Below, one piece after another: positions 23,006 through 35,000 of a stretch of 64,000 nt of DNA; positions within the stretch are counted from its first letter, which is position 1, and each line of letters opens with the position of its first letter. The notes beneath the pieces were generated by a model. It searched no databases. It saw only the letters and a program-made list of their open reading frames with translations, and was not told the DNA's origin. Where the stretch lies: the NCBI GenBank assembly GCA_963920595.1, contig OY986950.1, positions 2,170,001 through 2,234,000 on the forward strand, in the 5' to 3' direction. The translations under genes and the position numbers were made by a program. This DNA comes from Eimeria praecox (lineage: Eukaryota).

Positions 23006-26000
23006 TCATATTTGCGCATATGTATTCCCCAACGCTGTCTTTTTCAGAAATGCCTCGTGCTGCAGGTGCCGCACTGCCTGCTTCCAGGAGTCGTCTTTAA
23101 CAGCCCTAGGGCATTTCTCCATTGACAGTATCGGCACCAAGTGCTGTGTGGCAATTTGTTGTAACTTCGCAAGAGTGGCTTTTTCTGCACTTTTCGGCAG
23201 CACAATGGCTTCGACGTCCTTTCTGAGCACAATGATGAACGCACTCAGTTCTGTGCCATTCGCCTGAGCATACCACTAGAATGTGTACTTCAGTCCCTGC
23301 CTTACCCTAGCTGTATGCCTCCATGAATATTGCAGTCCACCAATGCTGGTATGTCTGGGCCTCTCATTGGCGTTGGGTCCTTTGCAAAATCCTGCACAAC
23401 GGCAAGTTATATGTGCACATATCTGCCATGCAAGCTAACTTACACCATGGACTCTCCAGCGCTGGCCAATTCATTTTCTCAAACGCAGTCAAGCCAGCAA
23501 GCCGCTGTAGAGAAATCGGGGACGGGGAAGGGTGATAAAAGGCGCCGGGGATGCCGAGCATAAATGCACCATGCTACTAGCCGCAAGTGTGAAATGCACG
23601 CTTACGGCTAGGGCTGCCAGGGCCTCATACCCAAGGGCCTCCAATACATGCCATGGGTTGTTGAGAGTGGCCACTAAAGGTTCATGACCAGACGATAGCA
23701 CGCCAGCTGAAATTGTAGCTCTAACCCTGCAGTAGCATTCACTTCAACGTGCTTAACATTTGGGCAGTTGTCGGCGGAAGTCGACCACCAGATATGCAAG
23801 TAAGTGCCACCGGCTTGAGTTCGAAAGGGAGTTCAAAAACCATACCTCACGTGATCCTTCAGGATGATACATGCTTCACCGGATTGCGGCTCCCAAGGTG
23901 GCTGAAGTTTGCAATCAACGCTCACATAGCCGTACTTTGGATGATGTTCAGGTCTAACTGACTCATGCTCATACAATCCACAGTAAAGTGCTTGCTCTCT
24001 TTCATTGCATTTGCGCAGGTATGTTGCGTCTGTTTGCGGTATTTCGAAGTGCGACCTGAGTTAGAGGCACAATAGAAGCTAAGCGATCGATACAACAGGA
24101 AGTCTCGCCAGGCAGGCACAGTACAGCCCGGCAGTGCAGCTACCGAAAACGCAGTGGTTCGTCTTACCTAATAAATCCGCCTTGCTCCAGGTGTGGCGTT
24201 AAGCTTACAATGTCAAAGTAAATTAGAATAGGAGAGCACGCAAGGAGGAATTGCTCCAAGCATTCAAGAGTCCCGTTGGGGTGCCCTGCCCTTTCAAAGA
24301 CGTCCGCAAGACGGTTTTTGGCTTTAGCACTTCTGTGGACAGATTGTTCAGCAACTAGTTTCATTGCTGCTTGCTGGATGTCCGTTAGCGCACGCAGTTC
24401 CGGAGAATCTTTTGTGCCGAGGCATTGCATGCAGAGCGCCTGGAGTTCACGGGACAAAGGAGGGTACAACTCATGGAATACTAAAGACGCCAGAGGTTCA
24501 TAGCTGCCCACTGCTGACCACATGTTGTTTTGTGCTGTCAGCCGTCTTCCAACGGCGGTAGCATCCATGTAGGAAGGCCGCGTAATGAAGGCCGTAGGAG
24601 CAGCTCCGTCAATACGTGGCTTCCCCATGTGTCCTCTTTCATGAAGTGCCGGCTGTAAGCTACTGCTTTTCTTAAGTGCGTCAGAATGCACGTCTGTTGT
24701 ACCACTTCTCCTACGTGAAGTAATTCCAGCTTTGCTTCCGAATGCCGAGCTGGATTCCAAGGATCTTTTCAAGATGTTGTCACCCTCGTCAACTGCCGAA
24801 GAGGACTCTCTGGGCTGGCCGGAGCGAAAAAGGCATCCCGGTACATCGGGACCCCGGCTTCTCGTGAGTCTTCCATTGGAGAAGCCTTTTGACTCGTCAA
24901 CGTTGTGAAGCTCTGTGCTTCTGTGGTTTTGTGAGCACTTGCTAGGCAAAGAAGACAAGGCTCGATTCGCAGATCCGCGATTAGCTAAATGATGGCACCT
25001 GCCAGCCACTTGCTGTTCGTGAGCTCGGACGTGTCGAGACAGATGAAACGCTGCCTCTCCATCCTGCTGAGGAGTACAGCGCTTCTGCTTCTCTCGAGAA
25101 CGGTGGTCAGAGCGTGTCGTTGCCTGCGAGCCTGGCTTCATGTTCTCTAGCGCAGCCCTCTGACTACTCACTGATGCCAGCATGCATCGCGATTCTCCTG
25201 CAGTGATGGCCTGGCTTGAATGGACAGGCATGGCTCCTCCTTGTTTCGAGTGGCGCCAAACCATGCTGTTACTGCTGCTGCATCGCTTAAGCTGCGCAGT
25301 GGACTTCGCAGAAACTGCGCTTTGCAACACGGACTCTAGCTTCCCGGTTCTAGAAGATGAATAGTAAGCTAGTTTGTCAAATGCAGTGGACTCTGAAAGT
25401 TTCACGCTCCTCTCCTCAGAAAAGGGGTCAGTGCTCTTCTGCGCCTGCGCATACCGCACTGCAACACTGATTTTTCCCTTAAGCATCAATAACCCCATTG
25501 CACAGCAACGGCGGCCCACTACTTGCAACACTCAGATATTGCACGTACCGATCCAACGCGGGCACTCGCAAACGGAATTGAGACAATTCCTTCCTCTGCT
25601 GTAATACTCGACAGACAGCTCTCAAACAGAGCAGCTTCGGATCCTCCGCAAACACCATCTACACCAGTTTGTACTTTAGTGCTTCTTCTCACAGAAAAAT
25701 TGGTGCTCCGAGAAACGCGCAAGCCGCCTTGGTGGCCAGTCGATTCACACGCCATCGAACCTTTCTCAAGCCCCCCGGACGAACACTGCTGCCTAGACAA
25801 AGAACCTCTATGCAAGCTGTCCATGGCGCTCATCTCTCCTGAACTGCCCACAGCTTCCCCATCCCTACTCACTCTCAAGTCCCCTTCAGTTCTGGAAGCC
25901 GCGGATCCTACTCTCCTGCAACCGCTTCCTCCTGCATGGCTGCCTAATTCTCCACTCCTCGATACACTAGATGCTTTGCCTACAGAACCCATACTTCCCT

Positions 26001-29000
26001 CAACGCTCTTCAGCCCCATCCCTTCCGAAGCACCACGCGCACACTGACGCACATGGCTAGACTGATCAGACACGCTCGGCTCACCCCTCCTCATTCCTTC
26101 TCCAGGTACCCCTGCTGCCGATCGTTCACCCCTGCTTGCCAATTTCTCATCTGTATCTAGCTGAGATCCCGCCTTACACTCGCTTCTCCCACGTTCCGCG
26201 CCTGATGAACTAGTACGTAAGAACTTTCGCGAGTTGTTCCCTTCTGTTCCGGTCAAGGCAGAGTTGCGCATTGATAAGCCAAGAATGTTTTGCAAGTGCG
26301 TCTGGTCTTCTGGGTTGGTGACGGGATGCAGCTCATTGCTCCGTTTTGAACCGTTGCTTACATTCGCTTCACCTGGGCGCCCACCCTCTCGCCCCTCGCT
26401 TCTACGCTCTTTACCAGCTGCAGTCATACTCCCGTTGATGTCGCAGCCATCTCTCCTTTTGTCCTCTCCAGGATGCACACTGGGGCATTCCTTGGTGCTC
26501 CGAGAAACGCGCAAGTCGCCTTGGTGGCCAGTCGATTCACACGCCATCGAACCTTTCTCAAGCCCCCTCGACGAACACTGCTGCCTAGACAAAGAACCTC
26601 TATGCAAGCTGTCCATGGCGCTCATCCCTCCTGAACTGCCCACAGCTTCCCCATCCCTACTCACTCTCAAGTCCCCTTCAGTTCTGGAAGCCGCGGATCC
26701 TACTCTCCTGCAACCGCTTCCTCCTGCATGGCTGCCTAATTCTCCACTCCTCGATACACTAGATGCCTTGCCTACAGAACCCATACTTCCCTCAACGCTC
26801 TTCAGCCCCATCCCTTCCGAAGCACCACGCGCACACTGACGCACATGGCTAGACTGATCAGACACGCTCGGCTCACGCCTCCTCATTCCTTCTCCAGGTA
26901 CCCCTGCTGCCGATCGTTCACCCCTGCTTGCCAATTTCTCATCTGTATCTAGCTGAGATCCCGCCTTACACTCGCTTCTCCCACGTTCCGCGCCTGATGA
27001 ACTAGTACGTAAGAACTTTCGCGAGTTGTTCCCTTCTGTTCCGGTCAAGGCAGAGTTGCGCATTGATAAGCCAAGAATGTTTTGCAAGTGCGTCTGGTCT
27101 TCTGGGTTGGTGAGGGGATGCAGCTCATTGCTCCGTTTTGAACCGTTGCTTACATTCGCTTCACCTGGGCGACCATCCTCTCGCCCCTCGCTTCTACGCT
27201 CTTTACCAGCTGCAGTCATACTCCCGTTGATGTCGCAGCCATCTCTCCTTTTGTCCTCTCCAGGATGCACACTGGGGCATTCCTTGGTGCTCCGAGAAAC
27301 GCGCAAGTCGCCTTGGTGGCCAGTCGATTCACGCCGCATCGAACCTTTCTCAAGCCCCCTCGACGAACACTGCTGCCTAGACAAAGAACCTCTATGCAAG
27401 CTGTCCATGGCGCTCATCCCTCCTGAACTGCCCACAGCTTCCCCATCCCTACTCACTCTCAAGTCCCCTTCAGTTCTGGAAGCCGCGGATCCTACTCTCC
27501 TGCAACCGCTTCCTCCTGCATGGCTGCCTAATTCTCCACTCCTCGATACACTAGATGCCTTGCCTACAGAACCCATACTTCCCTCAACGCTCTTCAGCCC
27601 CATCCCTTCCGAAGCACCACGCGCACACTGACGCACATGGCTAGACTGATCAGACACGCTCGGCTCACGCCTCCTCATTCCTTCTCCAGGTACCCCTGCT
27701 GCCGATCGTTCACCCCTGCTTGCCAATTTCTCATCTGTATCTAGCTGAGATCCCGCCTTACACTCGCTTCTCCCACGTTCCGCGCCTGATGAACTAGTGC
27801 GTAAGAACTTTCGCGAGTTGTTCCCTTCTGTTCCGGTCAAGGCAGAGTTGCTCATTGATAAGCCAAGAATGTTTTGCAAGTGCGTCTGGTCTTCTGGGTT
27901 GGTGAGGGGATGCAGCTCATTGCTCCGTTTTGAACCGTTGCTTACATTCGCTTCACCTGGGCGACCATCCTCTCGCCCCTCGCTTCTACGCTCTTTACCA
28001 GCTGCAGTCATACTCCCGTTGATGTCGCAGCCATCTCTCCTTTTGTCCTCTCCAGGATGCACACTGGGGCATTCCTTGGTGCTCCGAGAAACGCGCAAGT
28101 CGCCTTGGTGGCCAGTCGATTCACGCCGCATCGAACCTTTCTCAAGCCCCCTCGACGAACACTGCTGCCTAGACAAAGAACCTCTATGCAAGCTGTCCAT
28201 GGCGCTCATCCCTCCTGAACTGCCCACAGCTTCCCCATCCCTACTCACTCTCAAGTCCCCTTCAGTTCTGGAAGCCGCGGATCCTACTCTCCTGCAACCG
28301 CTTCCTCCTGCATGGCTGCCTAATTCTCCACTCCTCGATACACTAGATGCTTTGCCTACAGAACCCATACTTCCCTCAACGCTCTTCAGCCCCATCCCTT
28401 CCGAAGCACCACGCGCACACTGACGCACATGGCTAGACTGATCAGACACGCTCGGCTCACGCCTCCTCATTCCTTCTCCAGGTACCCCTGCTGCCGATCG
28501 TTCACCCCTGCTTGCCAATTTCTCATCTGTATCTAGCTGAGATCCCGCCTTACACTCGCTTCTCCCACGTTCCGCGCCTGATGAACTAGTACGTAAGAAC
28601 TTTCGCGAGTTGTTCCCTTCTGTTCCGGTCAAGGCAGAGTTGCGCATTGATAAGCCAAGAATGTTTTGCAAGTGCGTCTGGTCTTCTGGGTTGGTGAGGG
28701 GATGCAGCTCATTGCTCCGTTTTGAACCGTTGCTTACATTCGCTTCACCTGGGCGACCACCCTCTCGCCCCTCGCTTCTACGCTCTTTACCAGCTGCAGT
28801 CATACTCCCGTTGATGTCGCAGCCATCTCTCCTTTTGTCCTCTCCAGGATGCACACTGGGGCATTCCTTGGTGCTCCGAGAAACGCGCAAGCCGCCTTGG
28901 TGGCCAGTCGATTCACACGCCATCGAACCTTTCTCAAGCCCCCCGGACGAACACTGCTGCCTAGACAAAGAACCTCTATGCAAGCTGTCCATGGCGCTCA

Positions 29001-32000
29001 TCCCTCCTGAACTGCCCACAGCTTCCCCATCCCTACTCACTCTCAAGTCCCCTTCAGTTCTGGAAGCCGCGGATCCTACTCTCCTGCAACCGCTTCCTCC
29101 TGCATGGCTGCCTAATTCTCCACTCCTCGATACACTAGATGCCTTGCCTACAGAACCCATACTTCCCTCAACGCTCTTCAGCCCCATCCCTTCCGAAGCA
29201 CCACGCGCACACTGACGCACATGGCTAGACTGATCAGACACGCTCGGCTCACGCCTCCTCATTCCTTCTCCAGGTACCCCTGCTGCCGATCGTTCACCCC
29301 TGCTTGCCAATTTCTCATCTGTATCTAGCTGAGATCCCGCCTTACACTCGCTTCTCCCACGTTCCGCGCCTGATGAACTAGTACGTAAGAACTTTCGCGA
29401 GTTGTTCCCTTCTGTTCCGGTCAAGGCAGAGTTGCGCATTGATAAGCCAAGAATGTTTTGCAAGTGCGTCTGGTCTTCTGGGTTGGTGAGGGGATGCAGC
29501 TCATTGCTCCGTTTTGAACCGTTGCTTACATTCGCTTCACCTGGGCGACCATCCTCTCGCCCCTCGCTTCTACGCTCTTTACCAGCTGCAGTCATACTCC
29601 CGTTGATGTCGCAGCCATCTCTCCTTTTGTCCTCTCCAGGATGCACACTGGGGCATTCCTTGGTGCTCCGAGAAACGCGCAAGTCGCCTTGGTGGCCAGT
29701 CGATTCACGCGGCATCGAACCTTTCTCAAGCCCCCTCGACGAACACTGCTGCCTAGACAAAGAACCTCTATGCAAGCTGTCCATGGCGCTCATCCCTCCT
29801 GAACTGCCCACAGCTTCCCCATCCCTACTCACTCTCAAGTCCCCTTCAGTTCTGGAAGCCGCGGATCCTACTCTCCTGCAACCGCTTCCTCCTGCATGGC
29901 TGCCTAATTCTCCACTCCTCGATACACTAGATGCCTTGCCTACAGAACCCATACTTCCCTCAACGCTCTTCAGCCCCATCCCTTCCGAAGCACCACGCGC
30001 ACACTGACGCACATGGCTAGATTGATCAGATACGCTCGGCTCACCCCTCCTCATTCCTTTTCCAGGTACCCCTGCTGCCGATCGTCCACCCCTGCTTGCC
30101 AATTTCTCATCTGTATCTAGCTGAGATCCCGCCTTACACTCGCTTCTCCCACGTTCCGCGCCTGATGAACTAGTACGTAAGAACTTTCGCGAGTTGTTCC
30201 CTTCTGTTCCGGTCAAGGCAGAGTTGCGCAGTGATAAGCCAAGAATGTTTTGCAAGTGCGTCTGGTCTTCTGGGTTGGTGACGGGATGCAGCTCATTGCT
30301 CCGTTTTGAACCGTTGCTTACATTCGCTTCACCTGGGCGACCACCCTCTCGCCCCTCGCTTCTACGCTCTTTACCAGCTGCAGTCATACTCCCGTTGATG
30401 TCGCAGCCATCTCTCCTTTTGTCCTCTCCAGGATGCACACTGGGGCATTCCTTGGTGCTCCGAGAAACGCGCAAGTCGCCTTGGTGGCCAGTCGATTCAC
30501 GCGGCATCGAACCTTTCTCAAGCCCCCTCGACGAACACTGCTGCCTAGACAAAGAACCTCTATGCAAGCTGTCCATGGCGCTCATCCCTCCTGAACTGCC
30601 CACAGCTTCCCCATCCCTACTCACTCTCAAGTCCCCTTCAGTTCTGGAAGCCGCGGATCCTACTCTCCTGCAACCGCTTCCTCCTGCATGGCTGCCTAAT
30701 TCTCCACTCCTCGATACACTAGATGCCTTGCCTACAGAACCCATACTTCCCTCAACGCTCTTCAGCCCCATCCCTTCCGAAGCACCACGCGCACACTGAC
30801 GCACATGGCTAGACTGATCAGACACGCTCGGCTCACGCCTCCTCATTCCTTCTCCAGGTACCCCTGCTGCCGATCGTTCACCCCTGCTTGCCAATTTCTC
30901 ATCTGTATCTAGCTGAGATCCCGCCTTACACTCGCTTCTCCCACGTTCCGCGCCTGATGAACTAGTACGTAAGAACTTTCGCGAGTTGTTCTCTTCTGTT
31001 CCGGTCAAGGCAGAGTTGCGCATTGATAAGCCAAGAATGTTTTGCAAGTGCGTCTGGTCTTCTGGGTTGGTGACGGGATGCAGCTCATTGCTCCGGTTTG
31101 AACCGTTGCTTACATTCGCTTCACCTGGGCGACCACCCTCTCGCCCCTCGCTTCTACGCTCTTTACCAGCTGCAGTCATACTCCCGTTGATGTCGCAGCC
31201 ATCTCTCCTTTTGTCCTCTCCAGGATGCACACTGGGGCATTCCTTGGTGCTCCGAGAAACGCGCAAGTCGCCTTGGTGGCCAGTCGATTCACGCGGCATC
31301 GAACCTTTCTCAAGCCCCCTCGACGAACACTGCTGCCTAGACAAAGAACCTCTATGCAAGCTGTCCATGGCGCTCATCCCTCCTGAACTGCCCACAGCTT
31401 CCCCATCCCTACTCACTCTCAAGTCCCCTTCAGTTCTGGAAGCCGCGGATCCTACTCTCCTGCAACCGCTTCCTCCTGCATGGCTGCCTAATTCTCCACT
31501 CCTCGATACACTAGATGCCTTGCCTACAGAACCCATACTTCCCTCAACGCTCTTCAGCCCCATCCCTTCCGAAGCACCACGCGCACACTGACGCACATGG
31601 CTAGACTGATCAGACACGCTCGGCTCACGCCTCCTCATTCCTTCTCCAGGTACCCCTGCTGCCGATCGTGCACCCCTGCTTGCCAATTTCTCATCTGTAT
31701 CTAGCTGAGATCCCGCCTTACACTCGCTTCTCCCACGTTCCGCGCCTGATGAACTAGTACGTAAGAACTTTCGCGAGTTGTTCTCTTCTGTTCCGGTCAA
31801 GGCAGAGTTGCGCATTGATAAGCCAAGAATGTTTTGCAAGTGCGTCTGGTCTTCTGGGTTGGTGACGGGATGCAGCTCATTGCTCCGGTTTGAACCGTTG
31901 CTTACATTCGCTTCACCTGGGCGACCATCCTCTCGCCCCTCGCTTCTACGCTCTTTACCAGCTGCAGTCATACTCCCGTTGATGTCGCAGCCATCTCTGC

Positions 32001-35000
32001 TTTTGTCCTCTCCAGGATGCACACTGGGGCATTCCTTGGTGCTCCGAGAAACGCGCAAGTCGCCTTGGTGGCCAGTCGATTCACGCGGCATCGAACCTTT
32101 CTCAAGCCCCCTCGACGAACACTGCTGCCTAGACAAAGAACCTCTATGCAAGCTGTCCATGGCGCTCATCCCTCCTGAACTGCCCACAGCTTCCCCATCC
32201 CTACTCACTCTCAAGTCCCCTTCAGTTCTGGAAGCCGCGGATCCTACTCTCCTGCAACCGCTTCCTCCTGCATGGCTGCCTAATTCTCCACTCCTCGATA
32301 CACTAGATGCCTTGCCTACAGAACCCATACTTCCCTCAACGCTCTTCAGCCCCATCCCTTCCGAAGCACCACGCGCACACTGACGCACATGGCTAGACTG
32401 ATCAGACACGCTCGGCTCACCCCTCCTCATTCCTTCTCCAGGTACCCCTGCTGCCGATCGTTCACCCCTGCTTGCCAATTTCTCATCTGTATCTAGCTGA
32501 GATCCCGCCTTACACTCGCTTCTCCCACGTTCCGCGCCTGATGAACTAGTACGTAAGAACTTTCGCGAGTTGTTCCCTTCTGTTCCGGTCAAGGCAGAGT
32601 TGCGCATTGATAAGCCAAGAATGTTTTGCAAGTGCGTCTGGTCTTCTGGGTTGGTGAGGGGATGCAGCTCATTGCTCCGTTTTGAACCGTTGCTTACATT
32701 CGCTTCACCTGGGCGACCATCCTCTCGCCCCTCGCTTCTACGCTCTTTACCAGCTGCAGTCATACTCCCGTTGATGTCGCAGCCATCTCTCCTTTTGTCC
32801 TCTCCAGGATGCACACTGGGGCATTCCTTGGTGCTCCGAGAAACGCGCAAGTCGCCTTGGTGGCCAGTCGATTCACGCGGCATCGAACCTTTCTCAAGCC
32901 CCCTCGACGAACACTGCTGCCTAGACAAAGAACCTCTATGCAAGCTGTCCATGGCGCTCATCCCTCCTGAACTGCCCACAGCTTCCCCATCCCTACTCAC
33001 TCTCAAGTCCCCTTCAGTTCTGGAAGCCGCGGATCCTACTCTCCTGCAACCGCTTCCTCCTGCATGGCTGCCTAATTCTCCACTCCTCGATACACTAGAT
33101 GCCTTGCCTACAGAACCCATACTTCCCTCAACGCTCTTCAGCCCCATCCCTTCCGAAGCACCACGCGCACACTGACGCACATGGCTAGATTGATCAGATA
33201 CGCTCGGCTCACCCCTCCTCATTCCTTTTCCAGGTACCCCTGCTGCCGATCGTCCACCCCTGCTTGCCAATTTCTCATCTGTATCTAGCTGAGATCCCGC
33301 CTTACACTCGCTTCTCCCACGTTCCGCGCCTGATGAACTAGTACGTAAGAACTTTCGCGAGTTGTTCCCTTCTGTTCCGGTCAAGGCAGAGTTGCGCAGT
33401 GATAAGCCAAGAATGTTTTGCAAGTGCGTCTGGTCTTCTGGGTTGGTGACGGGATGCAGCTCATTGCTCCGTTTTGAACCGTTGCTTACATTCGCTTCAC
33501 CTGGGCGACCACCCTCTCGCCCCTCGCTTCTACGCTCTTTACCAGCTGCAGTCATACTCCCGTTGATGTCGCAGCCATCTCTCCTTTTGTCCTCTCCAGG
33601 ATGCACACTGGGGCATTCCTTGGTGCTCCGAGAAACGCGCAAGTCGCCTTGGTGGCCAGTCGATTCACGCGGCATCGAACCTTTCTCAAGCCCCCTCGAC
33701 GAACACTGCTGCCTAGACAAAGAACCTCTATGCAAGCTGTCCATGGCGCTCATCCCTCCTGAACTGCCCACAGCTTCCCCATCCCTACTCACTCTCAAGT
33801 CCCCTTCAGTTCTGGAAGCCGCGGATCCTACTCTCCTGCAACCGCTTCCTCCTGCATGGCTGCCTAATTCTCCACTCCTCGATACACTAGATGCCTTGCC
33901 TACAGAACCCATACTTCCCTCAACGCTCTTCAGCCCCATCCCTTCCGAAGCACCACGCGCACACTGACGCACATGGCTAGACTGATCAGACACGCTCGGC
34001 TCACGCCTCCTCATTCCTTCTCCAGGTACCCCTGCTGCCGATCGTCCACCCCTGCTTGCCAATTTCTCATCTGTATCTAGCTGAGATCCCGCCTTACACT
34101 CGCTTCTCCCACGTTCCGCGCCTGATGAACTAGTACGTAAGAACTTTCGCGAGTTGTTCTCTTCTGTTCCGGTCAAGGCAGAGTTGCGCATTGATAAGCC
34201 AAGAATGTTTTGCAAGTGCATCTGGTCTTCTGGGTTGGTGACGGGATGCAGCTCATTGCTCCGGTTTGAACCGTTGCTTACATTCGCTTCACCTGGGCGA
34301 CCACCCTCTCGCCCCTCGCTTCTACGCTCTTTACCAGCTGCAGTCATACTCCCGTTGATGTCGCAGCCATCTCTCCTTTTGTCCTCTCCAGGATGCACAC
34401 TGGGGCATTCCTTGGTGCTCCGAGAAACGCGCAAGTCGCCTTGGTGGCCAGTCGATTCACGCGGCATCGAACCTTTCTCAAGCCCCCTCGACGAACACTG
34501 CTGCCTAGACAAAGAACCTCTATGCAAGCTGTCCATGGCGCTCATCCCTCCTGAACTGCCCACAGCTTCCCCATCCCTACTCACTCTCAAGTCCCCTTCA
34601 GTTCTGGAAGCCGCGGATCCTACTCTCCTGCAACCGCTTCCTCCTGCATGGCTGCCTAATTCTCCACTCCTCGATACACTAGATGCCTTGCCTACAGAAC
34701 CCATACTTCCCTCAACGCTCTTCAGCCCCATCCCTTCCGAAGCACCACGCGCACACTGACGCACATGGCTAGACTGATCAGACACGCTCGGCTCACGCCT
34801 CCTCATTCCTTCTCCAGGTACCCCTGCTGCCGATCGTTCACCCCTGCTTGCCAATTTCTCATCTGTATCTAGCTGAGATCCCGCCTTACACTCGCTTCTC
34901 CCACGTTCCGCGCCTGATGAACTAGTACGTAAGAACTTTCGCGAGTTGTTCCCTTCTGTTCCGGTCAAGGCAGAGTTGCGCAGTGATAAGCCAAGAATGT

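Noticed and set aside
25519..25531. Apparent frameshift between the 4081-aa and 455-aa ORFs
   Set aside because: Explained by a canonical phase-0 GT-AG intron at 25548-25445.
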